Shown: piece after piece, positions 53,777-63,902 of the stretch
Layout of the letters: each line of letters opens with the position of its first letter
How positions within the stretch are numbered: position 1 is the first letter of the stretch
Origin: Candidatus Marinacidobacterales bacterium
GTDB taxonomy: Bacteria; Acidobacteriota; Vicinamibacteria; Marinacidobacterales; SMYC01
Length of the DNA stretch: 64,000 nucleotides
Direction of reading: 5' to 3'
NCBI GenBank assembly: GCA_965237955.1
Contig: OZ250169.1
Coordinates: 4,736,001 to 4,800,000 of the forward strand
Position numbers and translations under genes: made by a program
The notes under the pieces: generated by a model
The model's database searches: none
What the model was told of the DNA's origin: nothing
The model's input: only the letters and a program-made list of their open reading frames with translations

Positions 53777-54553
53777 TTACTGTACTGTAACTCGTCCGGC
53801 GATAAGAGCGCGCACCGCTTCGAGATCTTCGACCGTGTCCACCCCGATCGAGTCGTGCTCTGTTTCCTCGAGTCGGATGCGGATGCCGTTCTCGAGCGCT
53901 CGGAGCTGCTCGAGTCTCTCCGCGAGCTCCAACGGAGACGGCGCGATGCGAGTGAGCTCCGTGAGTACGGCCTTCGGATACACGTAGAGGCCGATGTGCT
54001 TGTAATAAAGGTTCGGCGGTAGCTCGTCATCTCCGTCGACCGGGACCGGGCCTGCTGGGCCTGCTGGTATTGCCGAGCGCGAAAAATAGAGCGCGAAGCC
54101 CTTGCTGTCGGTGACGACCTTGACCACATTTCGATCGAGGAGCGTCTGCCGGTCGACGATCGCGCTCTTGAGGGTGACGATCGCTCCCGGTGCCACTTTC
54201 CGTGTTTGTTCCGCGAGCTGAACCGCCTCGTCGATCGCCTGCGGTGCGATGAGGGGCTCGTCACCTTGGACGTTGACGACGAGCTCAACGTCGATGTCCG
54301 CGATGGCTTCGGCAATCCGGTCGCTTCCGCTCGGATGTTCCGCTGACGTCATGACTGCTTTGCCCCCAAAGTCGGTCACAGCGTCGAAGATGCGCTCATC
54401 GTCCGTAGCCACGAGGACGCGCTCGACGCGCCTCGCTTGTGAGGCGCGTTGGTAGACGTGCTCGATGAGAGTCTTGCCGTGAATGTCGGCGAGGGGTTTT
54501 CCCGGGAGACGTTTCGACTGGAAGCGGGCTGGTATGACCGCGATCGTCCGCAT
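53777..54553 (-). CDS. kdsB: CMP-KDO synthetase
   Basis: IPARFQSKRLPGKPL, VNVQGDEP, ERLEQLRALENG. Confidence 0.97.
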   Translation of the reverse strand: MRTIAVIPARFQSKRLPGKPLADIHGKTLIEHVYQRASQARRVERVLVATDDERIFDAVTDFGGKAVMTSAEHPSGSDRIAEAIADIDVELVVNVQGDEPLIAPQAIDEAVQLAEQTRKVAPGAIVTLKSAIVDRQTLLDRNVVKVVTDSKGFALYFSRSAIPAGPAGPVPVDGDDELPPNLYYKHIGLYVYPKAVLTELTRIAPSPLELAERLEQLRALENGIRIRLEETEHDSIGVDTVEDLEAVRALIAGRVTVQ

Positions 54554-54638
54554 TCAGTCGTGCGTTCCCATAAGGTAAGAAGAACGGTACGAGAAAGTTT
54601 AGTACTCACGGCGGTCTGTGTCAAATTTGTCAGCCTCC

Positions 54639-54697
54639 AGCATTCAGCATTCAGCATCCAGTTGAACTGAATGCTTGGATGCTGAATGCTGAATGCT
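54639..54697. repeat. Inverted heptamer array (CAGCATT/AATGCTG)
   Basis: 22-bp perfect inverted repeat AGCATTCAGCATTCAGCATCCA / TGGATGCTGAATGCTGAATGCT. Confidence 0.8.
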
Positions 54698-54700
54698 ATA

Positions 54701-55615
54701 GTGAAGCGCGTGCGACAAGCGCTACTCTTGATCGCGGTGCTGCTCTTCGCCACCGATGCTGCCACGCAGTCCCGTGTGATCCACATGGGGGCCCGCGCGG
54801 CCAGCATGGGCGGAGCTTTTACCGGAGTGGCCGACGACTCGACCGCGTTCTACTGGAATCCTGCCGGGATCGCGTTTGGGCCGTTTCTCTCGGCCGGCAT
54901 CTATCACGGTCGGGAAGAATCCGAGCGGAGTGGAAGCCTGTTCGAGGATCGCGCGAACGGGCTCTCACTCGAGTACACCTTCATGGGTGTCGCCTTCACT
55001 CAATTTCATCAGAGTGTTGGTGATGGCGATGACCAACGTGGGCCACGTGATCTCGACACGTTCGACGTCGCGGTTTCGGTGCTCCAGTCGCTGCCGATCG
55101 ATAACCTGGTTGTGGCCGGTAACGTGCACTACCTTAGTGGAACGACTTCGCTCGGAGGTGTGGAGAGCGGCAGCGACTCATGGGATGTGGATCTTGGCGT
55201 TATGTACGAGCGAAACCGAGTTTTCCGGGTGGGTCTCATGCTGAGCCACCTGCGAGAGGCGCGTTTCGTTCTGCCCGACGATGAACGGCTGCGTGTTCCG
55301 CGTCATGCGCGTGCCGGGTTTTCATTCCGACTACCGCAATCGTTTCTCGTCGCCTTCGACATCGACCTCTCAACTCAAGGGTTGGACTCAGAGACGTGGC
55401 GCGAGATTTCACTCGGTGCCGAGAAGGGTTTTGGCGGTCGCGCGTTCGTTCGCGGTGGACTCAGAGCCGAGGTTGGCTCGGCTCTCGGCTCGCGCCCAGC
55501 GTTCTCCGTCGGCGGTGGCGTCCACCTGTGGAAACTCGAGCTCGAAATCGCCTATCTGGGCTCGAGCGGCAGCCGCGAGGAAGCCTACTGGGTTGGTTTG
55601 TCTCTAGCGCGCTAG
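54701..55615 (+). CDS. FadL/PorV/TraF-like outer-membrane beta-barrel
   Basis: Signal peptide, GARAASMGGAFTGVADDSTAFYWNPAG, alternating beta strands. Confidence 0.82.
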   Translation: MKRVRQALLLIAVLLFATDAATQSRVIHMGARAASMGGAFTGVADDSTAFYWNPAGIAFGPFLSAGIYHGREESERSGSLFEDRANGLSLEYTFMGVAFTQFHQSVGDGDDQRGPRDLDTFDVAVSVLQSLPIDNLVVAGNVHYLSGTTSLGGVESGSDSWDVDLGVMYERNRVFRVGLMLSHLREARFVLPDDERLRVPRHARAGFSFRLPQSFLVAFDIDLSTQGLDSETWREISLGAEKGFGGRAFVRGGLRAEVGSALGSRPAFSVGGGVHLWKLELEIAYLGSSGSREEAYWVGLSLAR

Positions 55616-55744
55616 TCCCCTGTATCAGAACAAACTAGATAAAGCAGAGCTTGCCGAAACCCTTCTAAGTGCATGAATCTTATGAATCTTATGGGCTGGC
55701 GAAAAGCCTAACTTTGTATAGTAATCAAAGATCCAGGGGACTAG
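55612..55744. mobile_element. MITE copy 1 (133 bp including flanking CTAGs)
   Basis: TIR CTAGTCCCCTGTATC / GATCCAGGGGACTAG (14/15); second copy at 63899. Confidence 0.85.
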
Positions 55745-55750
55745 TCGGTC

Positions 55751-55779
55751 TTGACTTTATTCCAGGCGTCAGTTACATT
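55751..55779 (+). promoter_or_regulatory. Probable original pilB promoter, now separated from pilB by ISL3
   Basis: TTGACT-17 nt-TACATT. Confidence 0.55.
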
Positions 55780-55830
55780 AGTAAATCTCGGTAATCCACT
55801 GTGAACAGTAAAGTTGCCTCTCCTGCCATT

Positions 55831-57051
55831 TCAGTGGATCCTCTCGAGGGTGAGACCGCCACAGTTTAGGTAGACGAGACTGATGAGAGCTTCGGCAGAG
55901 TGGAGTCCAAAGCTGCGGTGGCTCAGCAGCCGGATTTTGTTGTTCATTCCTTCGAGTCGGCCGTTGCTGAGTCTCCACGTGACCCACGCGATGACGCCAT
56001 CGAAGTGGCTGCGGATCATCTTCGCCGCGCGTTTGACGGGCTCTATCCTCGAGCTCATAGCGCGCCGCAGCCATCCTCGGAGAAACTTCTTGGCCCATGT
56101 CTCGGTTTTGTAGGTGTAGAGGTCCATGAAGTCGTCGCGCAGAAGCATGGCGCGGTAGAGGCGACGATTAGCTCGCACCTGCTCGCGGAGCACCCGTTTG
56201 TCTTTCGCGCTGCGGTTGTGTTTGGCCTTGAGAAGGGGAAACTTGGTGTTCTTGAGGTTGCGCCGGGCAGTCCCTTTGAGCTCGCGCACCAGCTCGCGCC
56301 GGGTCTTATCCACGGCCTCGTTCAGATGCTTGACGATGTGGAAGCGGTCAAAGATCACCCGTGCCTGAGGAGCCTTTTTGCCGACGACAGTTCTGTACGG
56401 CTCCCACATGTCCATGCTGACCGCTTCGAGCTCCGCGGCTCTTTGTGGTCCGAGCTTGCGGAAAAACCGCAGCAGCGTCTTGGCCTTGCGCTCCTTTCCC
56501 GCCCAGACGACCCGGCCGCTGAGATGGTCTATTACCACTGTTAAGTACTTGTGGCGTTTGCGGTAGCTGATCTCGTCCATCCCAATCACCCGCAATCCAT
56601 CGAGCTCGCGCCGCTCATCCCGCTGCTCGGCAACCACTCGCTGGATGATCCGTCGCACCGAACGCCACGTCACTCGGAAATAGTTCGCTACGGCGCTGAC
56701 GTCCGTCCTCTGTGCCAGCCACGCTACCTCTTGTTCGAAGCTTTTGGTAAAGCGGCTTCCCTTGTCGGCCCAAGGCACCTTTTCTCTGACCACTCCACAC
56801 CGCCGACATACCACTCGTCGGATCGAGTAGCGAAGATAGGTCCGGACTCCGAACAGGTCCAAGTGCCGCCAGTAGCGATTGTAGCGATCTTTGTTCTTGC
56901 GGACCTTTCGTCCGCAAATCCCGCACAGAGGCTTCCTCCTCCGTGGTACTACATCCACCACCACTCTGGCTTTGTCCGCCTGGAAGTGGAAACCTCGGAC
57001 CCACAGGCCTTGCAATCCGATGAGCTTGTTGACTAACGTAGTAACGCGCAT
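55831..57051 (-). CDS. ISL3-family transposase
   Basis: Zn finger CGIC..CRRC, GMDE, SMDMW, FDRFHIVK, SNGRLEGMNNKIR. Confidence 0.95.
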   Translation of the reverse strand: MRVTTLVNKLIGLQGLWVRGFHFQADKARVVVDVVPRRRKPLCGICGRKVRKNKDRYNRYWRHLDLFGVRTYLRYSIRRVVCRRCGVVREKVPWADKGSRFTKSFEQEVAWLAQRTDVSAVANYFRVTWRSVRRIIQRVVAEQRDERRELDGLRVIGMDEISYRKRHKYLTVVIDHLSGRVVWAGKERKAKTLLRFFRKLGPQRAAELEAVSMDMWEPYRTVVGKKAPQARVIFDRFHIVKHLNEAVDKTRRELVRELKGTARRNLKNTKFPLLKAKHNRSAKDKRVLREQVRANRRLYRAMLLRDDFMDLYTYKTETWAKKFLRGWLRRAMSSRIEPVKRAAKMIRSHFDGVIAWVTWRLSNGRLEGMNNKIRLLSHRSFGLHSAEALISLVYLNCGGLTLERIH

Positions 57052-57176
57052 CGCGGGAACGCTCTTTTCTCTTTCGGAAAAAAAGATTCTAGCGTTCTCG
57101 CCGATGCGCATCTACACATGGCTTACCCTCTCAACCCACGGGCCTCACCAAATGCCACTGCCCCTCAGCGGGAGAC

Positions 57177-57489
57177 GAGGCTGTGGGAAACGCCCCCACG
57201 GTTCTGGTCGTTCAGACCTTGCTCACGACTGAGTTCTCTTCGAAGCCTGGAAGGGCGTTTTCCATAGCCTCCACTAATCGAGCCCCCCCTTCCTTATTCC
57301 ATATGAATTAATCTTTCTTGTATATATATCAGGAGGGGCCTGTGGGCGCTCGTGGGAAACGCGAAGCGTTTTCCAAGCGATTGTGGAAAACGCCGCTCCA
57401 CGTTTGTACGTGCTCACAACCTTTCCCTAAACGCCTCTCTCGCCCGGAGTTTCCGGCGTTTTCCACAATCGCGGCAGCGTCCATAGGCC
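57177..57489 (+). other. Highly structured non-coding region inside ISL3
   Basis: Three long stems plus a GCGAAGC-capped hairpin; all non-Watson-Crick pairs are G-T/U on the + strand. Confidence 0.7.
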
Positions 57490-57577
57490 ATGCCCTCCAA
57501 CACAAATCAGATCCCCCGAAACGACAGGAGAACCGTAAAGTTTAGTCCGTCCAAGTGACAGCCCGCGGAGTGGTTGG

Positions 57578-59298
57578 ATGCCTATAAAGCTCGGCGAGCT
57601 GCTGGTGAAGGAAAACCTGATCACGCCCCAGCAGCTTCAAGAATCACTGCAGTACCAGAAACAGCACGGCGGAAAACTCGGTTACAACTTAGTCAAGCTC
57701 GGATTCGTCAAGGACGAGGAGATCACGCAACTGCTCTCCGTTAATACGGCGTGCCCTCGATCAACCTGGCGCGCTTCGAGATTGATCCCTCGGTCATCAA
57801 GCTCGTCCCAGCCGAAACAGCTCAGAAGTATCAGATTATCCCGCTCTCGCGAGCCGGAGCGAACCTGACCATCGCGATGGTCGATCCGACCAACGTGTTC
57901 GCCATGGACGACATCAAGTTCATGACCGGCTATAACGTGGAGCCCGTCGTCGCTTCTGAGACGGCGATCATGGAGTCGATCGAGAAGTACTATGGCTCGG
58001 TTCACTCTCTCCAGATCAAAGAGGAGATGGACAAGCTCGTCGAGACCGACGAGTTCGGGGATGACGTCGAGGTTCTCGAGGAAGGCGACGAGATCGATCT
58101 CCAGGAGCTCGAAAAATCATCGGAAGAAGCTCCTGTCGTCAAGCTCTGCAACCTGATCTTGACGGACGCCCTCCGTCGCGGGGCGAGTGACATACACATC
58201 GAGCCCTACGAGCGTGAGTTTCGCGTCAGGTTCCGCATCGACGGTGTGCTCTACGTCGTCATGAACCCGCCGATGAAGCTCAGAGACGCGATGATCTCGC
58301 GTATCAAGATCATGGCGAAGCTCGACATTTCCGAGAAACGGCTACCTCAAGACGGCCGTATCAAGATCCGTATGAACAACCAGGGAAAGTTGCGCGAGCT
58401 CGACTATCGTGTCTCGACGCTCCCCACCCTCTGGGGCGAAAAAGTCGTGCTCCGGTTGCTCGACAAAGAGAACCTCATGCTCGACATGACCAAGCTCGGG
58501 TTCGAGGTGGAATCGCTGAAGCACTTCGAAGAAGCCATCTTCAAGCCGTGGGGTATGGTTCTCGTGACCGGCCCGACCGGCAGCGGCAAGACGAACACGC
58601 TCTACTCGGCCATCAGTCAGCTCAACGTTCCCGAGACCAACATCATGACCGCTGAAGATCCGGTCGAGTTCAACCTCGCCGGTGTCAACCAGGTCCAGAT
58701 GAAAGAGTCCATCGGGCTCAACTTCGCGGCTGCGCTGCGATCGTTTTTGCGGCAAGACCCGAACATCGTTCTCGTGGGAGAGATTCGAGACTTCGAGACG
58801 GCGGAGATCGCGGTGAAAGCCGCTCTGACCGGGCATTTGGTGCTGTCGACGCTCCACACCAACGATGCCCCGTCGACGGTGAACCGTCTCATGAACATGG
58901 GCATCGAGCCGTTTCTCGTGGCCACGTCGGTGCACCTCATCTGTGCGCAGCGTCTCGTGCGCCGCATTTGCAAGGAGTGCAAGGCGCCGATGGAGATTCC
59001 GGCGCAGGCGCTCATCGACGCCGGCTACACTCCCGAAGAGGCGAAGGGCGTGCAACCGCAGAAAGGCCGCGGCTGCGGGACCTGCAACAACACCGGTTAC
59101 AAGGGGCGCGTCGGTCTCTACGAAGTGTTCGAGCTTTCCGATGAGATCCGGCAGTTGGTTCTCGAGGGCGCATCGTCTATCGAGCTGAAGCAACGCGCGA
59201 CCGAAGAAGGCATGATTTCGCTTCGCCAGAGCGGGCTCCAGAAAGTCCGCGACGGTATGACGACCATGGAAGAGGTCGTTCGAGAGACGGTGAAGTAA
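57578..59298 (+). pseudogene. pilB: Type IV pilus assembly ATPase PilB, frameshifted near codon 54
   Basis: KLGELLV MshEN-like N-terminus, ASDIHIEP, GPTGSGKT, LRQDP; frame break at CTCTCCGTTAATACGGC (~57734-57750). Confidence 0.92.
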
Positions 59299-59332
59299 AT
59301 TCCGACGGCATCTAGCGAAGTGAGGATTCGAT

Positions 59333-60472
59333 ATGGCGGTTAGCCTCCATCAGCTCTTGAAGACCATGCTCGAGATGGGCGGGTCGGACCTGCATCTCAC
59401 CAACAACTCACCGCCGCAGATCCGTGTGGACGGTAAGCTGAGGCCGCTCGACATGCCGCCGCTCACGACTGTCGAAACCAAGCAGCTCGCCTACAGCGTG
59501 CTCACCGACAACCAGAAGCACCGTTTCGAAGAGAACCTCGAGCTCGACTTCTCGTTCGGCATCAAGAACCTCGCGCGGTTTCGCGCCAACGTGTTCCAGC
59601 AGCGGGGCTCTGTCGCCGCGGTCTATCGAACCATTCCTTACGAGATCAAAGGATTCAAGGAGCTCGGGCTTCCACCGGTCATCGCCCAGATTTGCGACAA
59701 ACCGCGTGGATTGGTCCTGGTCACCGGCCCCACGGGAAGCGGGAAGTCCACGACCCTCGCCGCCATGCTCGACAAGGTCAACAAGGAGCGCTACGAGCAC
59801 ATCATCACCATCGAGGATCCGATCGAGTACCTACACAATCATCAAAAGTGCATCGTGAATCAGCGTGAGATTCACTCGGACACGCACAGCTTCACCAACG
59901 CCCTTCGTTCCGCGCTCCGTGAAGATCCCGATGTCGTGCTCATCGGGGAGATGCGCGACCTCGAGACAATCGAGTCAGCGCTCCGTATCGCGGAGACGGG
60001 CCATTTGACGTTCGCCACGCTTCACACGAACTCGGCGGTGCAAACCATCAACCGTATCGTCGATGTGTTTCCGGCCCACCAGCAGTCGCAGATTCGAGCT
60101 CAGCTCTCGTTCGTGCTCGAAGGCATCATGTGCCAGTCGCTCCTTCCGAGAGCGAGCGGCTCGGGCCGCGCGCTCGCGATGGAGATCCTGGTTCCGAACT
60201 CGGCTATTCGGAACCTCATTCGCGAGGACAAGATCCATCAGATCTACTCGTCGATGCAGACCGGCCAAGAACGCCACGGCATGCAGACGTTCAACCAGTC
60301 GCTTGCGACACTGTATTTCAAGAAGCAGATTACGCTGCAGCTCGCGCTCGCGATGTCGTCGAACAGCGACGAGCTTCAGGACATGATCAACCGCGGTACG
60401 GGTCTGGTGACTCCCGGCGGACGTCCTCCCGTTGCCGCAGGCCGACAGGGCGGCGGTGTGGTGAGGCGCTGA
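59333..60472 (+). CDS. pilT: Type IV pilus retraction ATPase
   Basis: GSDLHL, GPTGSGKSTT, LREDPD, AIRNLIRE. Confidence 0.96.
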   Translation: MAVSLHQLLKTMLEMGGSDLHLTNNSPPQIRVDGKLRPLDMPPLTTVETKQLAYSVLTDNQKHRFEENLELDFSFGIKNLARFRANVFQQRGSVAAVYRTIPYEIKGFKELGLPPVIAQICDKPRGLVLVTGPTGSGKSTTLAAMLDKVNKERYEHIITIEDPIEYLHNHQKCIVNQREIHSDTHSFTNALRSALREDPDVVLIGEMRDLETIESALRIAETGHLTFATLHTNSAVQTINRIVDVFPAHQQSQIRAQLSFVLEGIMCQSLLPRASGSGRALAMEILVPNSAIRNLIREDKIHQIYSSMQTGQERHGMQTFNQSLATLYFKKQITLQLALAMSSNSDELQDMINRGTGLVTPGGRPPVAAGRQGGGVVRR

Positions 60473-60548
60473 TGATGATGTTGAGGGCGGGGTCGATTTT
60501 GAACTGGGGAGTGGGAAGCTAAGGAGGCAAAACGATGCAGGCCTAAAC

Positions 60549-61742
60549 GTGTTCAACAAAGGCAAGACGCGCGCGGGAGCAGCGACTTCGGGAGAGCGAA
60601 CCGCGGACTCGAAGGACGCGGTCATTGCCATGCTCCGCCGCGAGCAGATCCTGGTCACGAGCGTCAAAGAGAAGGGGAAGGAGATTGCCCTTCCGAAGTT
60701 CGGGACCGGTATCAGTTCCAAGGACGTGGCGATCTTCACCCGCCAGTTCTCGGTCATGATCGACGCCGGTCTGCCGCTGGTCCAGTGTCTCGAGATCCTG
60801 GGAAGCCAGCAGGACAACCCCAACTTTGCGAAAGTTCTGATTCAAGTGCGCCAGGACGTCGAAGGCGGCGCGTCGCTCGCGGACGCCATGAAAAAACACC
60901 CCAAGGTGTTCGACGACCTGTTCACGAACATGATCGCGGCCGGTGAGGCGGGCGGTATCCTCGATCTCATTCTCAAGCGGCTCGCGGTCTACATCGAGAA
61001 ATCCGTCAAGCTGAAATCGCAAGTCACATCGGCCATGGTCTACCCGATTGCTGTTGTCTCCATCGCTGGCCTCGTTGTCGCCGTGATCCTGTGGAAGGTG
61101 ATCCCGACGTTCGCCGCTCTGTTCGCGGGGCTAGGGGCTCAGCTGCCGCTTCCGACCCGGATTGTCATTCTTATGTCGAACTGGACGGTGCGGTTGATCG
61201 TTCCCGCCATCATCGGGGGGATCGCTGGCGTTTACGGAATCAAGCGGTGGCACGACACCCACAAAGGGCGCCGGGTTCTCGACGGCATCTTGCTCAAAAT
61301 GCCCATTCTCGGAATGATCCTGCGGAAGATCGCGGTCGCCCGCTTTTGCCGCACGTTGGCGACCTTGATCTCGAGTGGTGTGCCGATTCTCGACGCGCTC
61401 GAGATCACGGCGGTGACGTCGGGCAACGCCATCGTCGAAGACGCCATCATGGAGACGCGGAAAAGCGTCGAAGGTGGTCAGTCGCTCGCGGCGCCACTCA
61501 AGCAAACGGATGTGTTCCCGCCCATGGTCGTCCAAATGATCTCGGTAGGTGAGCAAACCGGTGCTCTCGACAACATGCTTTCCAAGATCGCGGACTTCTA
61601 CGAAGACGAAGTCGATACCGCGGTCGCGAACTTGATGACGTTGATGGAGCCGCTCCTGATCCTGTTTCTCGGCACGGTAGTTGGTGGCATCGTCATCTCC
61701 ATGTACCTGCCCATCTTCGACCTGATCAACCAGATGTCGTAG
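60549..61742 (+). CDS. pilC: Type IV pilus platform protein (start region damaged)
   Basis: FTRQFSVMIDAGLPL, GEAGGILD, GEQTGALD, MYLPIF; the RBS-linked ATG at ~60535 runs into TAA after 3 codons. Confidence 0.92.
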   Translation: MFNKGKTRAGAATSGERTADSKDAVIAMLRREQILVTSVKEKGKEIALPKFGTGISSKDVAIFTRQFSVMIDAGLPLVQCLEILGSQQDNPNFAKVLIQVRQDVEGGASLADAMKKHPKVFDDLFTNMIAAGEAGGILDLILKRLAVYIEKSVKLKSQVTSAMVYPIAVVSIAGLVVAVILWKVIPTFAALFAGLGAQLPLPTRIVILMSNWTVRLIVPAIIGGIAGVYGIKRWHDTHKGRRVLDGILLKMPILGMILRKIAVARFCRTLATLISSGVPILDALEITAVTSGNAIVEDAIMETRKSVEGGQSLAAPLKQTDVFPPMVVQMISVGEQTGALDNMLSKIADFYEDEVDTAVANLMTLMEPLLILFLGTVVGGIVISMYLPIFDLINQMS

Positions 61743-61851
61743 CTGGCTCGGGAGTCGACGCGCGGGAAGGGCACGAAGTTGCCCTTCCCATCGTCGTTGC
61801 GCCGGTATTCCCGAGAAACGCCGCCGAGCACAGCCAAGTACAGGTTGACCT

Positions 61852-63455
61852 ATGACTGCCACGAACAGGGCGGATGCCGTCCGGAAAATCGCCGATACAC
61901 CTCTGGTGTGGCTGATGTTCCTGCGCGTCGTCGTGGTGACGGCGCTCATGGGCTCGGCGGTGGTGACGGAAGTCATCCGCAGGCCACGCGGGCCCGGCGA
62001 CCCGCTGTACTTTCTCATTGCGCTCACCTACCTGTTGACGCTCGTCTACGCACTCGCCTGGCCCTTCACCGCGCGCTATCGAAAACAGCTGGCCTACGTG
62101 CAGATTCTCGGCGACCTTCTGATCATCACCGGGATCGTCTATTACACGGGCGGCACCGAGAGCAATTTCTCGTCGCTCTACTTCTTCAGCATCATTGCTG
62201 CCAGCATCATTCTCTTTCGCCGGGGTGGGTTGGTTGCGGCGAGCGCGGCGTCGATCCTCTATGGCTCGCTGATTCAAGGGCTCTATTTGGGGACGTTGCC
62301 TCCGTACCCCACCGCCGGCGGCGCCTCTCCGGTGGTGATGCCGTCACAAGTCGTGGCGTACACGATTTTCGTGAACGTGTTCGGCTTCTATACCGTCGCG
62401 CTGCTCACGAGCTACCTGTCCGAGAATCTCCGTCTCACCGGCAGGAAGCTCGAAGAAGCCTCCGATTTTCTGGCGGATCTCCAGGTCTTCAATCAGACGA
62501 TCATCGACTCGATCACGTCGGGGCTCATGACGACGGATTTCGAGGGATTGATCAATTTCTTCAACTCGGCCGCTGCGACTATCTTCGCCCGTAGCCCGGC
62601 TCGAGCGGTGGGCGCGAACGTGACCGAGCTCCTTGCCGAGACCGACGACTTTCTCGAGCGGATCAAGGAGAGCCTTTCCGATGGGCGACGTTACCTGCGG
62701 CTCGAAGGAACTTACTTGAACGGTCGGGGAGACGAGATCTACCTCGGGATGGGCTCGAGCGCGAGGTTCGCCTGAAAGAAAATCTTGCCACGATGGGTGA
62801 AATGGCCGCAGGGATGGCGCACGAAATCAGAAATCCGCTCGCGTCCATCAGCGGCTCGGTGCAGGTATTGCGCGAGGCCGAGACTCTGAGCGACGAGCAA
62901 AAGCGGCTGATGGACATCATCGTCAGGGAGTCGGAGCGACTCTCGGGGACCTTGACCGAGTTTCTGGCCTATGCACGACCGCCACGATTCGAGCCGGGTC
63001 AGATCGATCTGCGCCCCGTGCTCGAGGAAACGGCGACGCTTCTAGCGCACAGCTCCGAGGTGCTACCCGAGCACGAGATCGTGTTGGACACCCCTGACAC
63101 CCCGGTTCACGTTTTCGCCGATCCCAATCAGATGAAACAGATCACGTGGAACCTCGCACGAAACGCCCTCCAGGCAATGCCGAATGGTAGAAAGCTCGTC
63201 ATGTCCCTCGCGAGAAACGGCGCCGGGGAAGTGGTCATGGCGTTTCGCGATGAAGGTGTCGGGATGCCCGATGGCGAGGTGTACAAGGTGTTCGAGCCAT
63301 TTTCCGGAAGTTTCGAGCGCGGCAGCGGCCTTGGGCTCGCAATCGTGTATCGTATTGTCAAAGACTACAATGGAGTCATCAAGGTCGATAGCCTGGCTTC
63401 CAAAGGTACGGAGATTTCCGTGCACTTTCCGTTGGACCGGAGGACAATCGGTTGA
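61852..63455 (+). pseudogene. pilS: PilS-type sensor kinase split by an internal deletion/frameshift
   Basis: Multi-TM N-terminus plus PAS, then LEREVRLKENLATMGEMAAGMAHEIRNPL in another frame from GCTCGAGC at 62753. Confidence 0.85.
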
Positions 63456-63902
63456 GTCGTATTCTCGTCGTCGATGACGAAGAGTCCATGCGCCAGCTAC
63501 TCGAGATAGCGCTTGGTAAAGACGGCCACCGCATCACCGTCGCGGAGTCGGGCGGCAAAGCGTGCGAGCTCATCGACAAAGGGTCGTTCGATCTCGTCAT
63601 CTCCGACATAAAAATGTCCGACATGAGCGGTGTCAAGGTGTTGCGCCATATCAAAGAAACCGATCCGGGAATCCCGGTCATCATGGTGACCGCGTACGCG
63701 TCCGCAGAGACCGCGGTGGAAGCGCTGCGCCTGGGCGCGTACGACTACCTGACGAAGCCGTTCAAGATCGACGAGCTGAAAGCGAACATCGGTAACGCGC
63801 TCGAAAAACGCCGCCTCAAGGAACAGGTGGTCCACCTCAAGCGTGAGCTCAAACACAAGCACGGACTCGACAACCTGCTCGGCAGGAGCTCCAAGATGCT
63901 AG
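63452..63902 (+). pseudogene. pilR: PilR-type sigma54 response regulator interrupted by a MITE
   Basis: Receiver domain (ILVVDDE, SDIKM, YLTKPF) then LLGRSSKML followed by the MITE; follows pilS. Confidence 0.8.

Larger units (their letters stand above)
55816..57534 (-). mobile_element. ISL3-family element
   Basis: Imperfect ~25-bp IRs (GCCTCTCCTGCCATTTCAGTGGATC / GGTTCTCCTGTCGTTTCGGGGGATC), 8-bp target duplication GTAAAGTT (55808-15 / 57535-42). Confidence 0.92.

Noticed and set aside
57177-57489. Chromosomal oriC
   Set aside because: The DnaA-like boxes lie inside an IS bounded by IRs and a target duplication, with no dnaA/dnaN nearby.
57318-57545. 75-aa ORF in the ISL3 end as a passenger gene
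   Set aside because: Weak start, crosses the IR, and its sequence is explained by the palindromes.
57720-57760. Programmed frameshift in pilB
   Set aside because: No slippery heptamer at the break; more simply a mutation or sequencing error.
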